A DNA stretch of 64,000 bases, from the NCBI GenBank assembly GCA_963730185.1, contig CAVSQW010000012.1:320001-384000 (forward strand), in the 5' to 3' direction. The position numbers and the translations under genes were made by a program. This document shows, one piece after another, positions 28,098 to 38,484 of the stretch (the first letter of the stretch is position 1; each line of letters opens with the position of its first letter). The stretch is from an uncultured Gemmatimonadales bacterium. Its GTDB lineage: Bacteria > Gemmatimonadota > Gemmatimonadetes > Gemmatimonadales > GWC2-71-9. The notes under the pieces are model-generated. The model was not told where the DNA came from. It worked only from the letters and a program-made list of their open reading frames with translations, and did not search any database.

Positions 28098-30074
28098 ATG
28101 ACTTCGAAGGCCCGATCGCTCGTGCTCTGCGCCATGGTTCTGGCGGCGCCCCTCGCGACGGCCCTGGCCCAGCGCGGCAACCAGCAGAACCTCACGGAGC
28201 TCCGCGCCCGCCGCTGGGATACCGAGAAGGAGCTCGAGCAGGTCGCCAACATCGACCGCAAGATCATGGTCCCGATGCGCGACGGCCTCCGGATGCAGGC
28301 CGACGTGTACTACCCCAAGACCGGCGCCGACAGATACCCCGCGATCTTCGTCCGGACGCCCTACAACTTCAACTACTGGGACGTTCGGAACGGGGCGCCC
28401 CGTGACATGACCTCCGTGGTCGAGGCCGTGAAACGCGGTTACGCCTACGTCGAGATGAACGAGCGGGGCCATTTCTTCTCCGAAGGTAACTACGACATCC
28501 TGGGTCCGCCGGTGAGCGACGGCGACGACGAGATCTCCTGGATCTCCAAGCAGCCCTGGTCGAACGGGAAGGTCGGCCTGATCGGCTGCTCGTCCACCGC
28601 CGAGTGGCAGATGGCCGTGGCCGCCCAGGGCAACCCGGCCCTCGGCGCCATCATCCCGATGGGCTTCGGCGCGGGTGTCGGCCGGGTCAAGCCGTACTTC
28701 GAGCAGGGCAACTGGTATCGCGGCGGCGCGGTCCAGATGCTCTTCATCGCCTGGCTCTACGGCGAGCAGAATCAAGTCCGGCCCATGTTTCCCAAGAACA
28801 CGTCGCAAGCAGACCTGGTCCGGGCCGCCAAGTCGTTCGATCTGGCCCAGCAGCTCCCGCCAGTCGACTGGTCGGATGGGCTGGCCCACCTGCCCGAGAT
28901 GGACATCATCAAGGCGGTCGACGGACCTCACGGGATCTTCTCCGATTCCATGCCGGTGGCCACGGGCGGGGCAATGATCAAACGCTCGCCGAACGACCCG
29001 GCCTGGTACAAGGGCGGCCTCTTCAACGACAGCATGACCATCAACGTCCCAGGGCTCTGGTTCATGTCCTGGTACGACGTTTCGGTCGGGCCCAACCTGG
29101 CGACCTACAATCACGTCAGGAACACCGCCCGGCCCGACGTGGCCAATCAGCAGTACGCCGTGATCGCGCCGACGCTCCACTGCGGGTACAAGCGCGCCAC
29201 CGAGAACACCGTCGTCGGTGAGCGGAGCGTCGGTGACGCCCGGCTCGACTACGACGAGCTGACCTATGGTTGGTTCGACCACTTCCTCAAGGGCGACAAC
29301 AACGGCCTGCTCGACACCCTGCCCAAGATCCGCTATTACACCATGGGTCTCAACAAGTGGCAGACGGCCGACACCTGGCCGCCGGCGGGCGCCGAGCCGC
29401 TCACCTTCTACCTCTCGAGCGACGGCCACGCCAACACCCGGAACGGTGACGGTCAGCTCACCACCAAGGCTCCATCGTCCGACCAGCCCGACGGCTTCAG
29501 CTACGACCCGATGCACCCCGTCCCCTCGCACGGCGGGAACGTCTGCTGCACCGGAAACGCCGTCCAGGGCGGCGCCTGGGACCAACGTCAGATGGAGGAG
29601 CGGCCCGACATCCTGGTCTACACCACCGACCCGCTCGAGGAAGGGACCGAGGTGAGCGGACCGATCGACTTCACGCTCTACGTCTCCTCGGACGCCAAGG
29701 ACACCGACTTCACCGTCAAAGTGCTCGACGTCTACCCCGACGGCACCGCTTACAACTTGGACGAAACGATCCAGCGAGCCCGCTACCGCGAGGGCTACGA
29801 CAAGCCGGTGACCTGGATGACGCCGGGAGAGGTCTCCAAGGTGGCCTTCCAGCCGATGACCACCAGCAACTACTTCGCGGCCGGGCACCGGATCCGGATC
29901 GAGGTGTCGAGCAGCAACTTCCCTCGATTCGACCGCAACATGAACACCGGCGGAAACAACTACGACGAGGTGACGGGCGTGGTGGCCCACAACCAGGTCC
30001 ACCACTCCAAGAAGTATCCGTCGACCCTCAAGCTCACCGTCGTCAAGCGACCGAAGGCCGCCGGCGGCCGTTGA
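28098..30074 (+). CDS. CocE/NonD family secreted hydrolase
   Basis: Signal peptide; [24 protein letters not shown] and [15 protein letters not shown] motifs. Confidence 0.92.
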   Translation: MTSKARSLVLCAMVLAAPLATALAQRGNQQNLTELRARRWDTEKELEQVANIDRKIMVPMRDGLRMQADVYYPKTGADRYPAIFVRTPYNFNYWDVRNGAPRDMTSVVEAVKRGYAYVEMNERGHFFSEGNYDILGPPVSDGDDEISWISKQPWSNGKVGLIGCSSTAEWQMAVAAQGNPALGAIIPMGFGAGVGRVKPYFEQGNWYRGGAVQMLFIAWLYGEQNQVRPMFPKNTSQADLVRAAKSFDLAQQLPPVDWSDGLAHLPEMDIIKAVDGPHGIFSDSMPVATGGAMIKRSPNDPAWYKGGLFNDSMTINVPGLWFMSWYDVSVGPNLATYNHVRNTARPDVANQQYAVIAPTLHCGYKRATENTVVGERSVGDARLDYDELTYGWFDHFLKGDNNGLLDTLPKIRYYTMGLNKWQTADTWPPAGAEPLTFYLSSDGHANTRNGDGQLTTKAPSSDQPDGFSYDPMHPVPSHGGNVCCTGNAVQGGAWDQRQMEERPDILVYTTDPLEEGTEVSGPIDFTLYVSSDAKDTDFTVKVLDVYPDGTAYNLDETIQRARYREGYDKPVTWMTPGEVSKVAFQPMTTSNYFAAGHRIRIEVSSSNFPRFDRNMNTGGNNYDEVTGVVAHNQVHHSKKYPSTLKLTVVKRPKAAGGR

Positions 30075-30104
30075 CGGAACGGGCCTCGGGCCCGAACATA
30101 TTGA

Positions 30105-30139
30105 GCGGGGCCGTCACCGCGAGGCGGTGGCGGCCCCGC
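30105..30139 (+). terminator. 16-bp stem hairpin between the two CocE genes
   Basis: gcggggccgtcaccgc-gag-gcggtggcggccccgc with one G-U pair; weak U tract. Confidence 0.5.
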
Positions 30140-30178
30140 CCCGTTTCCTCCCTCGGCCTCGCGGTCCGGAGATCTTCG

Positions 30179-31903
30179 ATGCGCGCTCTGCTCGTTCCCT
30201 TCCTGCTCAGCTCGTTCGCCGCCTCCCTGCCCGCCCAACCGCCAACGGTCCGAGCCGAGTTCGGCATCATGGTGCCGATGCGGGACGGCGTCCGCCTTGC
30301 CGCCGACGTCTGGCGACCGGCGGCCCCCGGCCGGTATCCGGTGCTGCTGGTCCGAACGCCCTATCTCAAGACCGGCCTCCAGCTGGCCGAATGGGCGCGG
30401 TGGTTCGCCGAACGGGGCTACGCCTTCGTGGTCCAGGATACCCGCGGCCGGGGCGACTCCGAGGGCCAGTTCGAGTTCTTCGCCGGCGACGGGCAGGACG
30501 GCTACGACAGCATCGAGTGGCTCGCGGCTCAGCCCTGGGCCAACGGCAAGGTCGGTACCCTGGGCCTCTCCTACCTCGGCACCGTCCAGTGGCTCGCCGC
30601 CAAGGAGCATCCGCCCCACCTGGTGTGTATGGCGCCGACCGCGCCCGCCGAGCGCTGGTTCGACGAGATTCCCTACCTCGGCGGCGCCTTCGCCTACGAG
30701 TGGGCCCTGAACTGGGTCAACGGAACCTCCGGCCGCATCAGCCAGGGACCGAACCTGGCGGGCATCGACTGGGAGAAAGTCCTGGCTCACCGACCGATCC
30801 TCACCAGCGATTCGGTGCTCGGTCGGGTCATGCCGCTCTATCGGGCCTGGCTCGAACACCCCACCGAAGGTCCCTACTGGCACCGGATGGAGCTCACCGC
30901 GGCCGATTTCGCGTCGATCGACATCCCGACGCTCACCACCACCGGGTGGTTCGACGCCGACCAACCGGGCTCGATGTTCTACTGGCGCGGCCTCGTGGCC
31001 AACGCACCCCACCCCGACCGGCACTTTCTCATGATCGGGCCCTGGACCCACATTCAGACGTTCCAGGGCGGCGCCCTCAAGGTCGGTGACACCGAGCTGC
31101 CGGCCCGGTCGATCGTCGACAACAAGGCCATTCATCTCGCCTTTTTCGATTGGTGCTTGAAGGGAACCAGCCCGCGATTCGACTTCCCCCGAGCCCGGAT
31201 CTTCCTCACCGGCGCCGACCAGTGGCGGGACTTCAGTGCCGACCCGTCGACCGCCACCTCGCCTCGCAAGCTGTACCTCACGAGCGGCGGCCGGGCCAAC
31301 TCGTTGATCGGCGACGGTCGCCTGACCTGGACCCCACCCGACCAGACCCCGCCCGACCACTACGACTACGACCCCCATAACCCGGTACCCGGAACCATGG
31401 CCGACGAGGGCCTCGACCGTCGCGGCCTGCAGCGCCGGGACGACGTCCTGGTCTACACCAGCGACCCGATGACGGAGCCCCTCGACCTCCTGGGCGACGT
31501 CACCCTCGACCTCGTGGCGGCCACCGACGCGCTGGACACCGACTTCACCGCCGTCCTTTCGGACGTCGCGCCCGACGGACAGGCCCTCCAGCTCGGGGCC
31601 CGGATCTCGATCCGCCGCGCCCGGTATCGGAACGGCTACGAGCGCGAGGAGCTCCTCACACCGGGGCGGGCCGAGACCTTCCACCTCGAGCTCTACGACA
31701 TCGGACACCGGTTCCAGCCCGGGCACCGGATCCGACTCGAGGTCTCGAGCAGCGCCGCGCCCTACTACAACCCCAATCAGAACACCGGCTTGCCGATCGC
31801 CACAGACACCACCTGGAAGGTCGCCCACCAGACCGTCTTCCACGACGGGGCCCGGGCGTCGGCCCTGACGCTGCCGGTGCTGACCGCGCGGGCAACGCCG
31901 TGA
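30179..31903 (+). CDS. CocE/NonD family secreted hydrolase (second paralog)
   Basis: Signal peptide; VPMRDGV.L, RTPY, GLSYLG, GWFD and IGPWTH motifs. Confidence 0.92.
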   Translation: MRALLVPFLLSSFAASLPAQPPTVRAEFGIMVPMRDGVRLAADVWRPAAPGRYPVLLVRTPYLKTGLQLAEWARWFAERGYAFVVQDTRGRGDSEGQFEFFAGDGQDGYDSIEWLAAQPWANGKVGTLGLSYLGTVQWLAAKEHPPHLVCMAPTAPAERWFDEIPYLGGAFAYEWALNWVNGTSGRISQGPNLAGIDWEKVLAHRPILTSDSVLGRVMPLYRAWLEHPTEGPYWHRMELTAADFASIDIPTLTTTGWFDADQPGSMFYWRGLVANAPHPDRHFLMIGPWTHIQTFQGGALKVGDTELPARSIVDNKAIHLAFFDWCLKGTSPRFDFPRARIFLTGADQWRDFSADPSTATSPRKLYLTSGGRANSLIGDGRLTWTPPDQTPPDHYDYDPHNPVPGTMADEGLDRRGLQRRDDVLVYTSDPMTEPLDLLGDVTLDLVAATDALDTDFTAVLSDVAPDGQALQLGARISIRRARYRNGYEREELLTPGRAETFHLELYDIGHRFQPGHRIRLEVSSSAAPYYNPNQNTGLPIATDTTWKVAHQTVFHDGARASALTLPVLTARATP

Positions 31904-31957
31904 GCGTCACCACGACGGCAACCTCCGACGACGGTCGTCCGACCGGCGCCGGCCGGC

Positions 31958-33328
31958 TCACCGCACTTTCTTGCCGGGGCTGTCCTGTCCACCCTGGTGA
32001 AGCACGAGTCCGGTCACCGCGCCGCTCGAATCCCGAACGAAGCTGACCGCGGCGTTCACGCCCTTCAGGAAGAACCGGCTCTCCGACTCTGGAAAGAGCC
32101 GGAACGCCGGCTGGTTCGTGGGCCGGGCGAAGAGCTTGTCGCCGTTCAGGGTGACCTCGATCGCGAAGGCCGGCGCCAACTGGTAGCTGCCGACCAGCTG
32201 GCGGAGGACGTCGGGGCTCACGGCGACAACTTGGTGTGCCGGAGGGAGATCGCGGACCGGGACCGAGGGATCGAGCACGTGGAGACCGAGATCGTCGATG
32301 TCGGCTGCCGCATCGGAGAGGATCAGCACGTTGGCGCCGGTCGACGGCCGGAAGCCGATGAAGGAGTGATAGCCGGCGGTCTGCCCGTTGTGCCAGACGA
32401 TCTGGTCCTCCCCGCGAACCACGACGTGCCAGCCCAGGCCGATCCGGAGGCCCGGTGAACCGGTGTTCCGCCGGGGTACGATGGCCAGCTTGATGCCCTC
32501 GCCCAGGGACCCCGCCGGCGGGTGGAGCTGGGCTCCGAGAAAGCGAAGCATGTCGGCCGCGGTGGAATGCCAGCCGCCCGCGCCCGCAAGCACGTCGAAG
32601 TCCCAACTCGGAACCGGCTCGAGATCGACCCCGTGGCCGCCCACCAGGCGGGCGCGGAGCGCGGGAGTGAGCGTGATCCGGGTGTCGTGCATGCCCAGCG
32701 GATCGAGCATCCGCTCGGTGACCGCCTCTTCGTACGACCGGCCGAGCCGCCGCGCCAACAGGTGGCCGAGGAGACCCACGCCGAGGTTGGAGTACTCGTA
32801 GCTGGCCCCGGGCTCACGGGGGAGGCTGTAGGTCGACAGAAACGCGTAGAGCTCCTGGACGCCGTAGTGGGCGTAGGGATTGTCGGCCCTCGTAAGGTCG
32901 AGATTCGAGGGCAGCCGCGGGAGCCCGGACGACTGGGTGGCCAGATCCAGCAGGGTGATTGCCTTCCCGTCCTTCGAGGGCGCGCGCACGGAATCGGGCA
33001 GGTACTTCTGGATCGGGTCGTCGAGGGAGACCTCGCCCCGGGCCACCATCTCGCCGAGCAGGGTGGTGGTGAAGACCTTCGAGACCGAGCCGATCTCGAA
33101 CCCGGTGGCTCCGTCGAGCGCCGGGCTGCCGGGTCCGTCCCAAAGGCCGGCGGCCACCACCCGGGGCGCGCCCTGTTCCAGCACGCCAAGCACCAGGCCG
33201 GTGCTCCCGCCCCGGGCAATCCGCTCGGTCAGCATCGCCTCGAGCGAGTCGGTGGACGGAGCCCGCCATTGGCCCCAGAGCGGGGCGGCCAGTCCGAGCG
33301 TCAGGATGGTCATGGTCAGGGTCTTCAT
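31958..33328 (-). CDS. Serine hydrolase (beta-lactamase class C-like) with a C-terminal DUF3471-like domain
   Basis: SxxK (GSVSKVF), YSN and HNG motifs; signal peptide from ATG 33328; ATGA overlap with the upstream gene. Confidence 0.9.
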   Translation of the reverse strand: MKTLTMTILTLGLAAPLWGQWRAPSTDSLEAMLTERIARGGSTGLVLGVLEQGAPRVVAAGLWDGPGSPALDGATGFEIGSVSKVFTTTLLGEMVARGEVSLDDPIQKYLPDSVRAPSKDGKAITLLDLATQSSGLPRLPSNLDLTRADNPYAHYGVQELYAFLSTYSLPREPGASYEYSNLGVGLLGHLLARRLGRSYEEAVTERMLDPLGMHDTRITLTPALRARLVGGHGVDLEPVPSWDFDVLAGAGGWHSTAADMLRFLGAQLHPPAGSLGEGIKLAIVPRRNTGSPGLRIGLGWHVVVRGEDQIVWHNGQTAGYHSFIGFRPSTGANVLILSDAAADIDDLGLHVLDPSVPVRDLPPAHQVVAVSPDVLRQLVGSYQLAPAFAIEVTLNGDKLFARPTNQPAFRLFPESESRFFLKGVNAAVSFVRDSSGAVTGLVLHQGGQDSPGKKVR

Positions 33329-33921
33329 ACGTCCACTCCGGGTAGAGGTTTCGCGCGGGCCCCCTCCTCGAGACCGGCCAGCCACGAGAGGAGCTCGCGA
33401 ATCCGGGGCTCGAGCTGGCGTTCGACCGCCCGCTGGTTGAGCCGCCAGATCTGCCAGTAGAGCCACGCCATGACGGTCAGCGACCCGGCCGCCGGCCAGA
33501 ACGATGGCAGACTCCCGACGATGAGAAGCGCCAATCCCACGCCGAGCGGCCCCAGGTACCACCAGAGAACGGTCCGCAGCAAGCGTTCCTGGGCGCGGAC
33601 CCGGGCCAGCTCGTGACGGATCGCCCCGGCGATCGAATCACCCCGGTCGAGCGGCAGTCGCCGGGCCGCTCGCAGCCGGAACGGGATCACGACACACGCG
33701 CCGACGACGATCAGTGCCCCGGCCCGCGTCAGCGTCGCGGTCGCCGCGACCGCCACCCAGAGGAAGATCGGGATCATCGCCAAGGCCGATCCGGTCTCCA
33801 TCCAGTCCCGGCGGCGGATTGTCCGGTCCAGGGCCCGGAGCCGCTCCAGAACCGGCGCCAGCTGAGCGGGCGGCGGAACGGCGCCGCGGAGCCAGATCTC
33901 GCGCAGCTGGTCGAGTTCCAT
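33325..33921 (-). CDS. Four-TM membrane protein, putative anti-sigma partner
   Basis: MELDQLREIW start directly after the ECF sigma gene; LLRTVLWWYLGP motif. Confidence 0.75.
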   Translation of the reverse strand: MELDQLREIWLRGAVPPPAQLAPVLERLRALDRTIRRRDWMETGSALAMIPIFLWVAVAATATLTRAGALIVVGACVVIPFRLRAARRLPLDRGDSIAGAIRHELARVRAQERLLRTVLWWYLGPLGVGLALLIVGSLPSFWPAAGSLTVMAWLYWQIWRLNQRAVERQLEPRIRELLSWLAGLEEGARAKPLPGVDV

Positions 33922-33923
33922 GG

Positions 33924-34412
33924 CTAGCCCTCCACGTAGCGGGACGACAAGGTCTGCTTGATCCGGTGCAGACGCACCCCGATCGCCCCGGGACTGGTTC
34001 CCACCACGTCGCTGATCTGCTGGTGCGTCAGCCCCTCCATGTACAGCACCAGCACCGAGCGATCGATGGGCCCCAAGGCGGCCAGGAAGGACCGGAGCAA
34101 GCTCGCGTCGCGATCGGCATCGCCGAAGGGTGGACCGGCCGCGTCATGGTCCGGATCGGCCGGGACCTCACGGCGCGTCCGGCGGGTCGACTGCCGCCGG
34201 TGGCTCAAGGCGGTGTTCAACGCCACTCGATACACCCAGGTCCCGAGCGTAGCCCGCCCCTCAAACGACGGGAGGCTCCGCCAGAGCTGGAAGAGGATCT
34301 CCTGGTGGAGGTCGTCGCGGTCGGCCTCGTCGTCCGCGTAGGTCCGGGCGATCCGCCAAAGCGCCGCTCCATACTCGCTGAGGATCTCCCGCAGCGGACG
34401 ATCATCGGTCAC
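33924..34412 (-). CDS. ECF-subfamily RNA polymerase sigma-70 factor
   Basis: DDLHQEILFQLWRSLPSF..TWVYRVALN (region 2); EGLTHQQISDVVG..VRLHRIK (region 4); start set at GTG 34412. Confidence 0.93.
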   Translation of the reverse strand: MTDDRPLREILSEYGAALWRIARTYADDEADRDDLHQEILFQLWRSLPSFEGRATLGTWVYRVALNTALSHRRQSTRRTRREVPADPDHDAAGPPFGDADRDASLLRSFLAALGPIDRSVLVLYMEGLTHQQISDVVGTSPGAIGVRLHRIKQTLSSRYVEG

Positions 34413-34487
34413 TCGTGGCTCGCTTCCGGCATGGCGCCTCCTGCCCGTTCTCTTCATTGGTCGCCGGCCGACAGGAACACTTACATG

Positions 34488-34746
34488 ATAGTGATTCGTG
34501 AGTGGGGACTGGTGAGTGGGGAGGGAGTGGGGACTGGTGAGTGGGGAGGGAGTGGGGACTGGTGAATGGGGAGGGAGTGGGGACTGGTGAGTGGGAAGGG
34601 AGTAGGGAGTGGGAGTAGGGATTAGTGCGTGGGGAGGGGGGAGCGTGAGTTGGGACACGCGAAAGGAGCGGGACCGGAACCGGCCCCGCCCTACTCACGA
34701 CCCCCTACTCACTCCCTAGTCACTACTCACGAGTCACAAATCACTA
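34488..34746. repeat. G-rich tandem repeat (4 x 25 bp at 34501-34600) plus a complementary C-rich arm
   Basis: agtggggactggtgagtggggaggg x4 with two single substitutions; ccctactcac-type repeats at about 34688-34746. Confidence 0.9.
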
Positions 34747-35334
34747 CTTGTAAAGAGCCTGATAGAGGGCCAACCCCCGTCCCACGGCCTTGGTAAGCTC
34801 CTGGGCCACATAGTACGGCATCGCACCGAGCTCGGCCTTGGACACGCCATGGAGAGCGACGCCGACGTCGTCGCCCGGGTGCATCCCGCCGAAATGGTCG
34901 AGCAAACGCGCCTTGATCGCCTTCTCGACCCAGGGCTTGGTCTCCACGGTGGCCTTGGTCGCCACCACCTTGGTCACGGTCCCGGACGGGTCGACCGTCA
35001 CCCCTACCTCGAACGGTCCGTGCTGGGTGTTGACCTGGGGGAAGAACACCACGCCGGCCGCGCCGCCGTCGGACGTCTTGCCATAGTAGAACTTGAATTC
35101 GTCCTCATCGGGCGTGAAGTCGGCGGCCCGGTGGATCGCGGCGAGCGCTTCCTTGCCGATCTTCACGTCGCGGACGAAGAAACTCCGGGCCTCGGGCAGC
35201 GTGGCCTTGATGACGTCGGCCTGCTTGTTCAGGACCACGGTCGGGGTGATGTGCCAGGCCGCGGCGCCCATGACGAGCGCGGCGACCGGCAGGGTCAGGG
35301 CCAGACGGGCCCGGCGAATCAACGACACGGTCAT
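34744..35334 (-). CDS. Exported protein, FMN-binding (RnfG/NosR-type)-like
   Basis: AAGGAGG RBS; ATGA overlap; N-terminal signal/TM; HGPFEVGVTVDPSGTVTKVV..ET pattern. The C-terminal flavinylation motif is not evident. Confidence 0.55.
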   Translation of the reverse strand: MTVSLIRRARLALTLPVAALVMGAAAWHITPTVVLNKQADVIKATLPEARSFFVRDVKIGKEALAAIHRAADFTPDEDEFKFYYGKTSDGGAAGVVFFPQVNTQHGPFEVGVTVDPSGTVTKVVATKATVETKPWVEKAIKARLLDHFGGMHPGDDVGVALHGVSKAELGAMPYYVAQELTKAVGRGLALYQALYK

Positions 35335-35888
35335 GCCAACCTCCTTGACGAGCGTCCCGGCAGGATCCGTCGGACGGTCGCCACCAGGATGATGAGATAG
35401 ACCAGCGCCATGCCCCACCCGGACGCGATGGTGAGCCAGGCGAAGCCCGGGATGCCGGCCTTCATGAGCCACTGGCCGGCGAAGTCGAGCGCGCCAAAGC
35501 CGAACGCGCCCAGAATCAGGGTATTGCGACGCGCCGCGGACCACTCGAGCCCCAGAATGATCAGGGTCTCGAGTGCGCCCACGATCGCGTAGATCATGAT
35601 GTGGATATGACTGTCCTGGATCAGCAGGTTGGTGTCCACCGCGTGCTTCTCTTCGGTCATGTTGCCGAGATCGAGCGGCGCGTTGGTCACCTGGGACTCG
35701 GCGGGCAGCGCCGTCGCGTCCATCCCGGGCTGTGGCACGTAGGTGGCCGCGACCGCCGACGGCGTCGTCCCCGCCCAATGCCGCACCATCAGGAAGGCGA
35801 ACACGTACGAGTACCCCAGCACCAACAGAAACAGGAGGGCGCCGAGCTTGACCGACGAGTCCGCGTTCCTGAGGCTATAGAGCCCCAT
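35331..35888 (-). CDS. Inner-membrane protein with an HxH motif
   Basis: GGAGG RBS; four hydrophobic segments; DSHIHIMIY. Confidence 0.7.
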   Translation of the reverse strand: MGLYSLRNADSSVKLGALLFLLVLGYSYVFAFLMVRHWAGTTPSAVAATYVPQPGMDATALPAESQVTNAPLDLGNMTEEKHAVDTNLLIQDSHIHIMIYAIVGALETLIILGLEWSAARRNTLILGAFGFGALDFAGQWLMKAGIPGFAWLTIASGWGMALVYLIILVATVRRILPGRSSRRLA

Positions 35889-35902
35889 CTGAGTGCCTCC
35901 GT

Positions 35903-37045
35903 TCAAAAGACGGTAACCACCTGGAGTCCGAATTCCAGCCCGTAGTTGCTCAGCGTGTCCCCGCCGGTCGGAAAAGCGAGCTCGCTCGAGTGGTTGAGCC
36001 GCATCTCCGCGCGGAGCTGAAAGCGGGGAATGCGGAAGGTCGTGTGCTCGACGTTGGCGAAGATCCCCTCCCGCCCGGAGCCGAGGAAGAAGACCGGCGC
36101 CACGGTGTAGGACTGGAGGGTTTGGGCCACCCCGCTCCGCGCTCCGTCAGGATCGTCGAACACCTCGGCCCGGAACGTCAGCCCGAAGCGCCGCTCCAGC
36201 CGACCGAAGACGGTGAGCAGGGCGCCCTTCCAGGTCGCGGTGCTGCCATCCTCGAGCACGTTGCGATCGCCGCCCAGGTTCGCCTCCCCGGCGATGATCA
36301 ACCCCGCCTTGGGCTGGACGGCATAGTCGACGTTCATGAGGTAACGGTTGTGGGTGTCGCCCTGATCGCCCTCCACCCCATAGACGCCGCTCACGCCCAG
36401 GCTGCTGTTGGCCGAGGGCAGGAGCCCGAGCCGGAGCATGCCGGTCTTGCCATGGTTGGGATCCACCTGCGAGTCCCACCCGTTGGAGATCACCCCGGTC
36501 AGGTCGGCTTTGGGCGACATCGCCCAGCGACCCACCAGGCCCACGAACTTGCCGGGGCGCCCCAGCTCGTAGTTGTAGGACGTGGAGGCCTGGAGGTTGA
36601 GCGGCTCGTCGTCCCGCTCGAACCCGAGCGGCGCGTCGAGCTTGCCGAAGCTCAGGCTCACGTTGCTCGCCCCCGGCATCACGAAGTTCACCAGGAGGTT
36701 GTCGATCTCGGTCGAGGTCGCCACGTCGCCGCCGGCATCACCCTGTTCCAGCGCGGTCGTCAGCTGCCCGAAGAACCAGATGTGGTCGTTGATCTCGCGA
36801 AACGCCGACAGCGCCACCTTGCCGGCCTGGAAGGTGTTGTCGTGGGTTCGGGCGTCGAAATGGAAGGTCCCGACGCCGAACCCGGTGATCTGGAGCGGCC
36901 GGCTGCTCTCGCCGGTCAGGTCCTCGAGGTTCTGGTCACCGCCGAGCGCCACCGGCCGGTCCTGCGCCAGGGCCGAGGCGGGTCGGGCGACGAAGAACGC
37001 GAGACCCACGGCGCCGGCCGCGAGACCCACAGAAAGTCGAAACAC
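35903..37045 (-). CDS. Outer-membrane beta-barrel porin (BBP2/phosphate-selective-porin-like)
   Basis: GGAGGA RBS; signal peptide; GKLDAPLGFE and SNGWD..DPNHGK motifs; terminal Phe (QVVTVF). Confidence 0.8.
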   Translation of the reverse strand: MFRLSVGLAAGAVGLAFFVARPASALAQDRPVALGGDQNLEDLTGESSRPLQITGFGVGTFHFDARTHDNTFQAGKVALSAFREINDHIWFFGQLTTALEQGDAGGDVATSTEIDNLLVNFVMPGASNVSLSFGKLDAPLGFERDDEPLNLQASTSYNYELGRPGKFVGLVGRWAMSPKADLTGVISNGWDSQVDPNHGKTGMLRLGLLPSANSSLGVSGVYGVEGDQGDTHNRYLMNVDYAVQPKAGLIIAGEANLGGDRNVLEDGSTATWKGALLTVFGRLERRFGLTFRAEVFDDPDGARSGVAQTLQSYTVAPVFFLGSGREGIFANVEHTTFRIPRFQLRAEMRLNHSSELAFPTGGDTLSNYGLEFGLQVVTVF

Positions 37046-37145
37046 GGATGTCCTCCGTTTGGTAGCCTGCTCTATGACCGCGATCCGTCCGGCGCGCGGC
37101 CGGGCACAGAACGCATCGGTTGATTGATCGAAAGGGTACGGTCGG

Positions 37146-37532
37146 CTACGCGAGACGCGGAGGGGGGTGGTCGACGGCGGGTTCGTGCGACTGGAGGGTC
37201 AGGGCCGCGGGGGCCGCCGATCCGAGCGCCGCGTCCGACTCAGCCAGCGCCAACTCGGCGTGGGTGGGAAGGGCGGGCGGCAGCACCGCGGCGATCGTCA
37301 CTTGCGGCGTCGTCAGCTGCCGAGAATGACAGGACGGCGTCCCGGGTGCGCCGGGACCCTGGTGATTCATGGGTCCCGGCATCGAAGCCTGGGAATGTGA
37401 CGCCATCTCGTGCCCCTGCGACAGGCACATCAGGGTACACACGATGGCCGGGTGCGCCACGAGGAACGTGACGCACAGCACCAGCGACGCGAAACGCGTC
37501 CGCCGGGACCGTTGGTGGCGCGGGAGAGCCAT
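37146..37532 (-). CDS. CutF/CruR (DUF2946)-like exported regulatory leader protein
   Basis: Basic plus hydrophobic N-terminus; CTLMC; His/Met-rich centre; C-terminal EPAVDHPPPRLA; lies directly upstream of the porin. Confidence 0.65.
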   Translation of the reverse strand: MALPRHQRSRRTRFASLVLCVTFLVAHPAIVCTLMCLSQGHEMASHSQASMPGPMNHQGPGAPGTPSCHSRQLTTPQVTIAAVLPPALPTHAELALAESDAALGSAAPAALTLQSHEPAVDHPPPRLA

Positions 37533-37588
37533 GCTGATAAGCTAACGCCGACCGGCGCCCCCCGTCCAACCGGGGCCCTGAGTTCCGC

Positions 37589-38473
37589 TCAGAGGGCCTC
37601 CACCACCACCTGAGCCGCGATCTCGCCGGACCGCCGGCTGTCGAGAAGCGGGAGGACCGTCCCGGCCGTCTTGGTCTCGGCGATGGTGTTCAGGTTGAGC
37701 GACCCGATCACCATGCTCTCCTGGTTCGGGAGCCCCTCCGCCAGGATGCCGTCTCGGGAAAACTCGAAGTCGCTCGGAGTCAGGATCGCCGCCTGGCCGT
37801 AGTTGAGCGACACCGCCGGCACCATCGGCAGCGAGCCGACGGTGTGGGCCACCATCACGTACATCTGATTCTCGATGGCCCGGGCATGGGCGCAGTAGCG
37901 GACCCGGAGCATGCCCTGGCGGTCGTCGGTGCAGCTGGGGACGGCCAGGATATGGACGTTCTCGCGGGCGGCGGCCCGGACGATCTCGGGGAACTCGACG
38001 TCGTAGCAGATCGCCACGGCCAGCCGGCCGAACGCGGTCTCGAACACCTTGAGCGCCGACCGGGGCTTGATCTCCCACTCCTCCGCTTCGAACCGGGTCA
38101 TGTGGAGCTTGCCCTGGACCCGGTGCTCGCCGTCGGGGCCGAAAACGTAGCAGTCGTTGTGGACGGCTCCGCCATTGTCCAGCACCGGAATGGTGCCGCC
38201 CACCAGGTAGATCCGGCGGGTCCTGGCCAAGCCGCTCATCATCTCCACGAAGCGCGGTACCTGCCGGGCCAGGTCGCGGACCTGCTCGGGCATGGGCCGC
38301 TTCACGTCGCCCAGGGTAAGGAGCTGGACCGTGAAGTACTCGGGAAAGACCAGGAGCTGACACTTGTTGTCGACCGCGGTGTCGACCAGCGACTCGACCT
38401 GGTCCTCGAACTCCTCGAACTTGGCCACCGGTCGGATGTAGTACTGGAGCGCGGCGACCCTGATCCGATCCAT
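37589..38473 (-). CDS. Carbon-nitrogen hydrolase (nitrilase superfamily)
   Basis: E-K-C triad in FPEY, GKLHMT and ICYDVEFPE; start at ATG 38473. Confidence 0.92.
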   Translation of the reverse strand: MDRIRVAALQYYIRPVAKFEEFEDQVESLVDTAVDNKCQLLVFPEYFTVQLLTLGDVKRPMPEQVRDLARQVPRFVEMMSGLARTRRIYLVGGTIPVLDNGGAVHNDCYVFGPDGEHRVQGKLHMTRFEAEEWEIKPRSALKVFETAFGRLAVAICYDVEFPEIVRAAARENVHILAVPSCTDDRQGMLRVRYCAHARAIENQMYVMVAHTVGSLPMVPAVSLNYGQAAILTPSDFEFSRDGILAEGLPNQESMVIGSLNLNTIAETKTAGTVLPLLDSRRSGEIAAQVVVEAL

Positions 38474-38484
38474 CGGCCGCCCCG

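Noticed and set aside
34501..34600. 25-bp direct repeats as a CRISPR array
   Set aside because: The units are head-to-tail with no unique spacers, and there are no cas genes.
34413..34658. N-terminal extension of the ECF sigma ORF (PHSPVPT repeats)
   Set aside because: It is only the translation of the low-complexity repeat; sigma similarity begins near GTG 34412.
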